A program made the position numbers and the translations under genes. DNA of 62,906 nucleotides, filler included. It is 9 parts of 9 records of this genome, joined end to end, with 100 filler letters (N's around TTAATTAATTAA, not from the genome) between each part and the next. Parts side by side here need not be neighbours in the genome. Positions count along the whole stretch, not along the records: positions 38,853 to 49,033 come from SRR31147125_186427; positions 49,134 to 55,553 come from SRR31147125_187812; 7 more parts are not named here. One strand, given 5' to 3'. Positions 40,812 through 49,174 of the stretch are shown one piece after another (the first letter of the stretch is position 1; each line of letters opens with the position of its first letter). Below the pieces are notes generated by a model. It did not search any database. It was given only the letters and a program-made list of their open reading frames with translations, and was not told where the DNA came from.

Positions 40812-41713
40812 CGCAACCCCTCCTGACGCCATGGCCATACGGGTGCGGTCGCCTCTTCAAGGGTGTGTTGGATGCGGCGCACCTCATCCTCGGCACCCTG
40901 CATCAGCACCACCCGTGGGCCGTCCACCCCGTTGACCTCGAAGCCCAGGTCCACTGCATCGCCCATCATCTGGTTGGAGATGCCGACCCGCTCAATACGG
41001 CCTTCCACCCGCAACAGATCCTCCGGATGGGCCACAACGCGCTTGCGCGTCTCCTCCGGCAGTTCAGCCAGCGCTGCAAAAAAACGCTCGGCCGGATAGA
41101 TATGACCGCCAAAGTCGGCCAACTGATCCAACCCGGTTCGGATGGCCACTTCGCCGCGTTCGATGTGGGCCAGCAAGACCTGGCCGAGACTCAATCGATG
41201 GATCACCTGGTTGTTGGCATCGAGCATGTAGATCTGCAGCAGATTGTTCTGACGTTCGAGAAAGGTGCGCTGCCACTGACCTCCGCTCTGATAGGTCAGC
41301 AGGGTGAAGGGTGACGCGATTTCGTGGGACAACACCGGCGGCAGTTTCAGATAGAGCGCGACAAAGTGTTCGGAGGAGATCATGGCGCCTTTATCCTCCC
41401 CCAGGTTGGAGAGAAGCTGTCCCATCGAGGCCGCTTTGCGGACTTCGCGCTGCAGATGCTGACGCTGATCGGCATATTGGGCCAGAGCGGTTCGTGCCGA
41501 GTCGGCCTCGCGCCCCTTTTCCCAAATGGCGCCCGAGCGGGGACGATAGGCATTGGTGGTGGTGAGATAGGCGCCCACCGCCTTTTCGATCCAGTCGAAA
41601 CGAAATTCCGTTATCCCGACAATCGCCAGGAGGCACACCAGCAACGCCGACCGCGGCACCAGCAGTCGCTTGCGCCAGATTTTCATATCTGTCGGGGCAT
41701 ACCAGGGGATCAT
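40808..41713 (-). CDS. Hypothetical membrane-anchored protein coupled to PBP1A
   Basis: N-terminal basic plus hydrophobic segment; ATGA overlap with the PBP start. Start codon uncertain. Confidence 0.78.
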   Translation of the reverse strand: MIPWYAPTDMKIWRKRLLVPRSALLVCLLAIVGITEFRFDWIEKAVGAYLTTTNAYRPRSGAIWEKGREADSARTALAQYADQRQHLQREVRKAASMGQLLSNLGEDKGAMISSEHFVALYLKLPPVLSHEIASPFTLLTYQSGGQWQRTFLERQNNLLQIYMLDANNQVIHRLSLGQVLLAHIERGEVAIRTGLDQLADFGGHIYPAERFFAALAELPEETRKRVVAHPEDLLRVEGRIERVGISNQMMGDAVDLGFEVNGVDGPRVVLMQGAEDEVRRIQHTLEEATAPVWPWRQEGLR

Positions 41714-41920
41714 TTGGAGGAAATATCAATCCATTTAAAAGAAGGCGTTATGTTGACTGCACGTTCTGTCAGGTGCCGGCCGTTTTTTACGGGCTTCAGC
41801 CCCGATTTCGTGCACCATGTTCCGGAATAGGGATTCGGACCGTGTTCCGATTGATGAATACCGGTATAGTCCAAATTGAGTGGAAGGTCAAAATTTACTT
41901 AATGGGAGCTGAGGGGGTTG

Positions 41921-43522
41921 CTATGCTTCTGAAGGCGCCTCTTCCTCATCGGCAAGGACGCTTGTCAATTCGCCCGATTCGTAAAGTTCCCGGAACACTT
42001 CAATAATATCGGGGTCGAACTGAGTACCGGACCCGCCGTACATGATCTCCAGGATCTTCTCCTCGGACATCCGCGCGCGGTAGGCGCGGTCTGAAGCGAT
42101 GGCGTCATAGACGTCGGCCACACTGAGGATACGGCCCAGCAGGGGAATTTCGTCTCCTCCAATGCGATCCGGGTAGCCTTTGCCGTCAAATCGTTCGTGA
42201 TGGCAGCGGACGATCTGCTTTTCGCGTGTCCAGAGGCCGAGATGGCTCATAATCTCACATCCGATGACCGGATGCTGCTGGATAATACGATACTCCTCCT
42301 GGTCCAAACGGCCAGGCTTGAGCAAGATATCGTCGCGGATACCAATCTTACCGATATCGTGCAACAACCCCGCAACGTTGAGAATCTCCTGCTCTTCATC
42401 ACTGCAGCCCATGGCCTGGGCAAGCGTGACGGCGATCAGTGTAACGCGGCTGGAGTGCTGTTTGGTATAGGGGTCGCGCGCTTCGATGGCCTTTACGAAG
42501 GCGTAGAGCGTTGAGAGCAGGTTGTTGTATATGTTCTCGTAAAGGGCCAGGTTTTCAATGCCCGTTGACGCCTTTTTCGACATAAAATCGAGATAGTAGA
42601 GATCTTTCTCGCTAAAACGATGATTACCCTGATAGATGCTGGTCATCAGCACGCCGAGCACCTTGGAGCGAATTTTCAACGGCGCCAGCATAAAGGAGAG
42701 CACCTCCTGGGGTAACCGGTTGAAGCCGCCACCATTGTTGGCAATAATCAGAGGCTGGTCATCCTTGACCACTTCGTTGATCAAGTCGTGGATTTTAGGG
42801 TCGCTCGGTGACAACAGCTGCCCGAAACCGGCTATCGGGGATTCGACCACATCGGTGCAGTCGGCCTTCTTGGTCCAGGGCGCTCCGGCGGCGGCGATGG
42901 GCATCGGCTGATTGGACTGCTCGTTGACCAGATAGAAACAGGAGGCGTCCGCCTGGACAATATCAACGGCCATATCGACCAACTGCCGGAAGACATCGGT
43001 ACTCTCCCGCATGGCTGAAAAATCGGTTAAAATCCGGTTCAGGATGTTGAGCTCTTCAACTTTGTACAGCAGTTCGTTATTTAGCTTCTCTATTCTGGCC
43101 TTGCCCGCCACCTCTTTTTGCAGCATCACATTTTCGATGAACAGCTGCCGCTCCCGCAAAACACGCTGCACACAAAGCTCCATCTGGTGCAGATTCACGG
43201 GCTTGACCAAAAAGTCGACCACGCCGTTCTTCAGGGTCTGGATGGTGTTGTCCAGGGAGGGGTAGCCGGTCATCACGATGACCGGGATGGTGTTATCGTG
43301 TTTGCGGATATGTTCAGCCAGTGCCAGGCCGTCCATCTCCGGCATATTGATATCGGTAAAACAGCAGTCGACACGCCTCTCGGAAAGCAGCTCGACCGCC
43401 TCTTTGCCGTTGCCGGCAGTGAGCACATCATACCCGCGTGACGTAAAATAGGTATGCGCAATGTCTATGATGCTCTCTTCGTCATCGACAAACAGGATGG
43501 TCTCTTTTTGATCGGTGTCCAT
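41921..43522 (-). CDS. REC-GAF-HD-GYP cyclic-dinucleotide phosphodiesterase
   Basis: FVDDE...TDINMPEMDG...KP receiver, GAF region, LLHDIGKIG, HHERFDGKGYP and VADVYDA. Confidence 0.93.
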   Translation of the reverse strand: MDTDQKETILFVDDEESIIDIAHTYFTSRGYDVLTAGNGKEAVELLSERRVDCCFTDINMPEMDGLALAEHIRKHDNTIPVIVMTGYPSLDNTIQTLKNGVVDFLVKPVNLHQMELCVQRVLRERQLFIENVMLQKEVAGKARIEKLNNELLYKVEELNILNRILTDFSAMRESTDVFRQLVDMAVDIVQADASCFYLVNEQSNQPMPIAAAGAPWTKKADCTDVVESPIAGFGQLLSPSDPKIHDLINEVVKDDQPLIIANNGGGFNRLPQEVLSFMLAPLKIRSKVLGVLMTSIYQGNHRFSEKDLYYLDFMSKKASTGIENLALYENIYNNLLSTLYAFVKAIEARDPYTKQHSSRVTLIAVTLAQAMGCSDEEQEILNVAGLLHDIGKIGIRDDILLKPGRLDQEEYRIIQQHPVIGCEIMSHLGLWTREKQIVRCHHERFDGKGYPDRIGGDEIPLLGRILSVADVYDAIASDRAYRARMSEEKILEIMYGGSGTQFDPDIIEVFRELYESGELTSVLADEEEAPSEA

Positions 43523-43643
43523 TCGGGATTCCAATTGCCCGCCCATTTATCCTCAAATATCCGTTATCGTGGAATATTTGTCCATGGAAGGCTCAAAATA
43601 TCATTAAGCGCACTCACATGGCACAACTGTTTTTCATGATTTT

Positions 43644-43670
43644 GTATCGGCCTGTTTCAGCAGAACTTGA
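43644..43670 (-). promoter_or_regulatory. Sigma28 (FliA)-type promoter for the HD-GYP gene
   Basis: TCAA-N15-GCCGATAC on the minus strand. Confidence 0.7.
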
Positions 43671-43789
43671 TTTTTAAATTGTGTTTCGTCGAATTGAGAA
43701 CGGTTTCTCTCGAGCGGTGGGGATGATGGCGGCACCGGCCCTGTTTTTCCGGCACGACACCTGGAAGGGACAAACTATTGCGGTGTTCG

Positions 43790-44689
43790 TTATTCAGCCT
43801 GATTCAATCGGTAGACCTTGCCGGGCAGGTCGTGTCCGAAGAGCTCACTGAGGCGCTGGCTCCATCGGGCCACGGGAGGAATGGGGACGCCGGTTTCGAT
43901 GCCAAGTACCGCCATGAGATGGAGGGTATCCTCGGTGGCGATGTTACCGGATGCGCCGTTGATAAACGGGCAGCCTCCCAATCCACCCAGGGAGGCGTCG
44001 AAATAGACGATCCCCGATTGCATGGCGGCCATGACGTTGACCAGCCCAAGGCCACGGGTATCGTGAAGATGAAGACCGACCGGGACCACTCCGGCGACCG
44101 CTACGATCGCCTCGAGAACCTGAGTCACCGCCAGTGGGGTGGCCAGACCGGAGGTGTCGGCCAGAACGAGGCGGTCGATTCCCTCTTCAATCAGAATGGT
44201 CGCGGTCTGCACCAGCATTTCGACCGGAGTCTCCATCTCGAAGCTGTAGCCGAAACTGCACTGGAGACTGCCGCGGACGCTGCGACCGGCCCGCTTGGCC
44301 GCTGCAATCATCTGGACCGCCTCCCGGCGGGCACGGTCCACCGACATGCCTGAATTCTCAAGGCAGTGCGTCTCATTGACCGATATGGAGACCTCGATCC
44401 AGTCGATGGCGGTAAGGCAGGCCCGTTCGACCCCCTTGCGGTTGAGCACCAGAGCACTGAATTCGACGGTTTCAGATGGCGGTAGCCGTTCGATCAGCTT
44501 CTCGGCATCTGCCATCTGGGGTACGCGCGCATCGTGGACGAAGGAGGCGACCTGGATGCCGGGAAGGCCCGCATCGACCAGGCCGGAGATCAGATCCAAC
44601 CTCTGGTCGATGGTTAGCACCCGGCGCTCCATCTGAAGGCCGTCGCGCGGTCCGACCTCGGTAATGTGAATGCGGTTGGGCAGCTTCAT
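43790..44689 (-). CDS. hmgL: Hydroxymethylglutaryl-CoA lyase
   Basis: EVGPRDGLQ, SFVH...VPQMAD, HLHDTRG and GGLGGCPF..GASGNIATED. Confidence 0.92.
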   Translation of the reverse strand: MKLPNRIHITEVGPRDGLQMERRVLTIDQRLDLISGLVDAGLPGIQVASFVHDARVPQMADAEKLIERLPPSETVEFSALVLNRKGVERACLTAIDWIEVSISVNETHCLENSGMSVDRARREAVQMIAAAKRAGRSVRGSLQCSFGYSFEMETPVEMLVQTATILIEEGIDRLVLADTSGLATPLAVTQVLEAIVAVAGVVPVGLHLHDTRGLGLVNVMAAMQSGIVYFDASLGGLGGCPFINGASGNIATEDTLHLMAVLGIETGVPIPPVARWSQRLSELFGHDLPGKVYRLNQAE

Positions 44690-44695
44690 GACAAT

Positions 44696-44879
44696 CAGTT
44701 TAAAGTGGAAAGTTGAAAGTTGAAAGTTGAAAGTGTTGGAATTCTGTCTATTTCATATTGGGCCAACATAAATATTCTTTTTTCTAACCAAATGCACTTT
44801 ACCTCTACGGTGGACTGGAAAGACAGTAAAACCGAAATCATACCTTCACTTTAAACTTATAACTTCACACTTAAAACTG
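44696..44879. repeat. Inverted pair of 7-bp tandem-repeat arrays
   Basis: Left arm CAGTT-TAAAGTG-(GAAAGTT)x3-GAAAGTG (44696-44735). Right arm (44847-44879) reverse-complements to CAGTT-TTAAGTG-TGAAGTT-ATAAGTT-TAAAGTG. Confidence 0.88.
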
Positions 44880-45035
44880 GCTCTTTTAAGGCTGAAAGTT
44901 CAAAAGTCGTTAGCTTGACCCTTTAATGGTAGGCGGCCCCGAAACAAAATGCTTGACGCCCCAGGCGGCAGCCGTTATTTGATTCCGTTTGAAATGAAAA
45001 AAAATCTGGCTATCGATCCGATCTATCGTTTGTAG

Positions 45036-46334
45036 GTGACGCGCTTGGCTGACCCATCTTTGGAATGTGACGGCGTTCGAAATCAAAACGGCCCGCTTCG
45101 TATCTGCCTTTTGAGCTATCGTGGCAATCCCCATTGTGGAGGACAAGGCGTCTATATCCGCCATTTGAGCCATGCACTTTGCCAACTGGGGCACAAAGTG
45201 GATGTTCTGGCCGGTCAGCCCTACCCCCATCTGGACAACGGCGCCCGACTCCATCGCCTGCCAAGCCTGGACCTCTATAATCCGGAGGACCTGTTCCGGA
45301 CGCCGACGGTCCGCGAACTGTGCAATCCCATCAATATGCTCGAGTGGATGGGCATCTCGACGATGGGCTTTACCGAGCCCCTCTCCTTCGGGCTGCGCGC
45401 CTATCAGCGACTCAAATCCCACAACGGATACGACGTCGTACATGACAACCAGAGCCTCTCATACGGTCTGTGGGCGCTGGCGCGCCGGATACCCACCATC
45501 GCCACTATCCACCATCCGATTACGGTGGACCGCGATCTGGCAATCCGCGCAGAAACAGCGCTCTGGAAAAAGGCCAAACATGTGAGATGGTACAGTTTTA
45601 TCGGCATGCAAAAGAGGGTGGCCCCCACCCTGAAGCGCATCATCACTGTCTCGGCGCACGCACGGGATGACATCAGCCGAGAATTTCGCATCCCCACTCA
45701 CCGGTTCAGCATCGTGCCCAACGGCATCGATACGGATCGCTTCTACCCCCTGCCCGGCATCGAGAGGGAGCCCTGCCGCCTGATCGTCACCAACAGCTCG
45801 GACATCGCCTTGAAAGGGCTGCATGTGCTGCTGCACGCCATGGCCGAACTGGTGCCGACCCTGCCTGAGATCAAATTGACCGTGGTGGGAATGCCGAAGA
45901 AAAAGAGCCCCATCTACAAATTGATTTCAGAGCTGAATCTGGGGCGGCGCGTCCACTTCACCGGTCGCATCGAGCAGGAGGAGTTCATACGGCAATATGC
46001 CCGGGCCTGGGCAGCGGTGGTCCCCTCCCTTTATGAGGGATTCGGGCTGCCTGCAGGAGAGGCCATGGCCTGCGGGGTACCGGTGATCAGCACCACCGGC
46101 GGCGCTCTTCCCGAAGTGGTGGGCGATGCCGGACTTCTGGTTCCCCCCGGCCAGCACCGCCCCCTGGCCGAAGCCATCGCAAAGGTGTGCCGGGAACCCC
46201 AACTTGCAGCGAAGCTAAGCCAAGCCGGTTACGATCGCGTGATGGCCCACTTTACTTGGAGAGCGGCCGCGGAAAAGACCGTCGCCGCCTATCGCCGGAC
46301 CATAGATGATTACCGTAGATTTTCAATGCCTTAA
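45036..46334 (+). CDS. Glycosyltransferase family 4
   Basis: LRICLLSYRGNPHCGGQGVY, HDNQSL and PSLYEGFGLPAGEAMACGVPVI. Confidence 0.93.
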   Translation: MTRLADPSLECDGVRNQNGPLRICLLSYRGNPHCGGQGVYIRHLSHALCQLGHKVDVLAGQPYPHLDNGARLHRLPSLDLYNPEDLFRTPTVRELCNPINMLEWMGISTMGFTEPLSFGLRAYQRLKSHNGYDVVHDNQSLSYGLWALARRIPTIATIHHPITVDRDLAIRAETALWKKAKHVRWYSFIGMQKRVAPTLKRIITVSAHARDDISREFRIPTHRFSIVPNGIDTDRFYPLPGIEREPCRLIVTNSSDIALKGLHVLLHAMAELVPTLPEIKLTVVGMPKKKSPIYKLISELNLGRRVHFTGRIEQEEFIRQYARAWAAVVPSLYEGFGLPAGEAMACGVPVISTTGGALPEVVGDAGLLVPPGQHRPLAEAIAKVCREPQLAAKLSQAGYDRVMAHFTWRAAAEKTVAAYRRTIDDYRRFSMP

Positions 46335-47019
46335 GCTACCCGTCGGCAGCCGGATCCTGGATATCGGCTGTGGCTCCGGCCGGCACGTTGCCGCCGCTTA
46401 CGCCCTTGACCGCGCCACCGTGGTGGGGGCCGACGCCAACGTGGAGGACCTGAAGGCCGCAAAGGATCGGCTCCATTTTCACGACTACCTGGGTGAACAC
46501 GGTCGGGGACGTTGGCTGCTCAGTGCCGCCGACATTACCCGATTGCCCTTCGACAGCGGCACCTTTGACCTGGTGATCTGTTCAGAGGTACTCGAGCATA
46601 TTCCGGATCACCACCTTGCCATGGATGAAATCGTACGGGTCCTGAAACCGGACCACCCTCTTGTGGTGAGCGTACCGCGGCGGTGGCCGGAGCGCATCTG
46701 CTGGTTTCTCTCCAAGGAGTACCGCCACATGCCCGGCGGCCACGTGAGGATCTATCACGCAGACGAATTGGTAAAAAAAATCGAGTCCTTAGGACTCAAC
46801 CACTGGCGCACCCACTTCGCGCATGGCCTTCACAGCCCCTACTGGTGGCTGAAGTGTCTCCTGGGGCTGGAGAACACCCAACGCCTGCCCGTTAAGCTCT
46901 ATCACCGCTTTCTTACCTGGGACATCATGGATCGGCCACGCCTGACCAGAACGATGGAGCGCTGGCTCAACCCACTGGTTGGTAAAAGTGTGGTGTTCTA
47001 TTTCCACAAAGCCGGCTAA
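46306..47019 (+). CDS. Class I SAM-dependent methyltransferase
   Basis: ILDIGCGSGRH, LPFDSGTFDLVICSEVLEHI and HGLHSPYWWLKC; overlaps the GT4 3' end. Confidence 0.92.
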   Translation: MITVDFQCLKLPVGSRILDIGCGSGRHVAAAYALDRATVVGADANVEDLKAAKDRLHFHDYLGEHGRGRWLLSAADITRLPFDSGTFDLVICSEVLEHIPDHHLAMDEIVRVLKPDHPLVVSVPRRWPERICWFLSKEYRHMPGGHVRIYHADELVKKIESLGLNHWRTHFAHGLHSPYWWLKCLLGLENTQRLPVKLYHRFLTWDIMDRPRLTRTMERWLNPLVGKSVVFYFHKAG

Positions 47020-47183
47020 TCGCACCACACCATCATCACGCTCGAAGGCATTCTATACCCATCATATCTATCTGAAAAAGAGGATGAATCGCTCTTGACT
47101 CGCATTAGCATCTCATGCCTGTGGCTAATGATTTCAATGCAATCTACTGGATCTCAATATTCCTCTGGGGGAAAGGATATCAT

Positions 47184-47210
47184 TAAAGTTTTGGGTTGAG
47201 CGGCCGATAG
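47184..47210 (+). promoter_or_regulatory. Sigma28 (FliA)-type promoter
   Basis: TAAA-N15-GCCGATAG. Confidence 0.78.
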
Positions 47211-47306
47211 AAAAAGAGATGGTAAATCGCCTTTTGGTGGAGAACCGACCGTCAGGGGCCGCCAATCGAGCTACTCGGACTCTAAACGCCCAAAACGGAT
47301 ATCCCC

Positions 47307-47708
47307 ATGCAGATCATCGTATATGTGTCACCTTTCAATGCCGTATCCCGTAATTTAATGGACATCATTCAGGGTATCGGGATTCAAAATAAGCAAGAGT
47401 ACCACCACACCCTCGATTCTCTCGTCTCCCGACTGCGCCAACCCATGGCGCGCTTCGATTCACTGCTCATACTGTGCCCTTCGAATGGGCGTGAATTGAC
47501 CCAATTGACGTCCATTGGTCATCTGCTTAGGGATACGCGCGTCATTGTGCTGCTGCCGGACGGAGAGGATAAAACCATCTCCGATGGCCACATGTTGCGG
47601 CCCCGTTATGTAGGCTATTCGGATGGTGATCTCAATGATGTGGCCGCAGTGGTGAGAAAAATGGCCGCTTGCAAGCCGATGGCCGGCAGGTCGCCGGCAC
47701 ACGCTTGA
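47307..47708 (+). CDS. Hypothetical alpha/beta protein (degenerate receiver-like)
   Basis: 133-aa ORF after the sigma28 promoter; alternating hydrophobic strands and helices; no acidic phosphorylation pocket. Confidence 0.65.
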   Translation: MQIIVYVSPFNAVSRNLMDIIQGIGIQNKQEYHHTLDSLVSRLRQPMARFDSLLILCPSNGRELTQLTSIGHLLRDTRVIVLLPDGEDKTISDGHMLRPRYVGYSDGDLNDVAAVVRKMAACKPMAGRSPAHA

Positions 47709-47733
47709 AAGAGCGCAAACGGTCTTTAGAAGT

Positions 47734-48354
47734 TCAATCTTGTTTTCGCTGCAACACCCCCAACGTACCTGTCCTGGAAAGCTCATGGTATTGCCCCGTC
47801 TCAACGGCCGCCTGATAGACTTGGAAAGGCGCCTGCCCACCCTGGGCGGGATCTTCGAAGAGGTCGTGTATCAGCAGATAGCCTCCAGGCATGAGATGCC
47901 TGGCCCAACTATCGAAGTCTTGCTGAACGGTCTCGAGGGCATGGCCGCCGTCGATAAAGACCAAGGCAAGTGGCGTCGCCCAAGAGCGTGCTACCACGGC
48001 CGAAGGTGCCACGATGGGCACGACACTCTCTTCGAGATCGGCCAGTTCAAGCGTCCGCCTGAAGAGAGAGAAGGTATCGATGTGATAGGCGCGCACATCA
48101 AACAGCGCCGCATCGAAATACTCTTCCCCGGGCTGCTGCTCCTCAGATCCGCGATGATGGTCGATGGAAAACAACACTTGACCATTCTGTTTACAGGCCT
48201 GCCCAAGGTAGAGGGCCGATTTGCCGCAATAGCTACCGATCTCGAGGCATGGCCCCATTGCAGCGGCCAATGTGGCTATCTGATAGAGGCGCTCTCCCTC
48301 GTCGAGGGCAAGGAACCCTTTTATGCGTTGAGCCAGTTCAAAAAGATCGTTCAT
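47734..48354 (-). CDS. Class I SAM-dependent methyltransferase (Methyltransf_24-like)
   Basis: KGFL..DEG, LEIGSYCGKS, IDHHRGSEEQQPG, VFIDGGH and IHDLF.DP.QGGQAP. Confidence 0.92.
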   Translation of the reverse strand: MNDLFELAQRIKGFLALDEGERLYQIATLAAAMGPCLEIGSYCGKSALYLGQACKQNGQVLFSIDHHRGSEEQQPGEEYFDAALFDVRAYHIDTFSLFRRTLELADLEESVVPIVAPSAVVARSWATPLALVFIDGGHALETVQQDFDSWARHLMPGGYLLIHDLFEDPAQGGQAPFQVYQAAVETGQYHELSRTGTLGVLQRKQD

Positions 48355-48566
48355 GACATCGGAAACCTTCAGCTAAGGGTAAAAATTGTGGATTTGCGCC
48401 GGTTTTTACACAGTTTCTTCCGACTTGCAAGTCATGCAACAGTCCAGTATGGTTATTGCAATACACCCGTTGGCGCCCAACGCTCCCAGGGTGCCCGGCT
48501 AAAACGCAGCTCCCAGTGAAGCAGGCATGAACCTTGCGGTTGAACAGAACGTTTAGCGGAAAACAG

Positions 48567-49033
48567 ATGGACGCCAAGACAGACAGCAAAACACGACCTC
48601 GGGATGAAATCGACGAGGTACGCCTGACAGAGATCAACTATCACAAAAAAATGAATGTATGGGTTGCGCTTGTTGGCGTGCTCACCTTTGCTTTTTTTGC
48701 CGTCTTTCATTTTCATCTCGGAAATCACCTTCAGGCACTGATCTACACCCTGGCGTTCATCAACGTAACCGCATCAATGATCGCGATTCCCCGGTTCCAC
48801 GATCTGGACAAGCAGGTTCTTTTAAAGCGCGTCACCGGTGGTATCGGCTTCTTTCTGATCTCGACCAGCATCGTCGTCGGCATATTGAGTAAAGATATCT
48901 ATATCTTCTTGCCGTGGATCTTCTCCATACCGGTGGCGATCGCCCTCTTTTTCGGCAAGCGCATCGGTATCTATAGCAGCCTCGCTTTTACCATGGTTGC
49001 AGCAACTGTGATTTTCGGTATTGACCTGCCCCC
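48567..49033 (+). CDS. Multi-pass membrane protein (possible sensor N-terminus), 3'-truncated
   Basis: About five hydrophobic segments; ORF stays open to the contig end. Confidence 0.65.
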
Positions 49034-49174
49034 NNNNNNNNNNNNNNNNNNNNNNNNNNNNNNNNNNNNNNNNNNNNTTAATTAATTAANNNNNNNNNNN
49101 NNNNNNNNNNNNNNNNNNNNNNNNNNNNNNNNNCCCCCACTCATGACAAGGGAGAGTGGTATACGCTTCAGTTT

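Noticed and set aside
44696-44879. CRISPR array (GTTGAAAG resembles some CRISPR repeat ends)
   Set aside because: The period is 7 bp with no unique spacers, and there are no cas genes. I saw no CRISPR array anywhere in the window.
47211-47306. Possible c-di-GMP-I (GEMM) riboswitch in the leader of the sigma28-driven gene
   Set aside because: It lacks the GGCAAAC...GNRA...GACGCAAAG core and the tetraloop-receptor stem.
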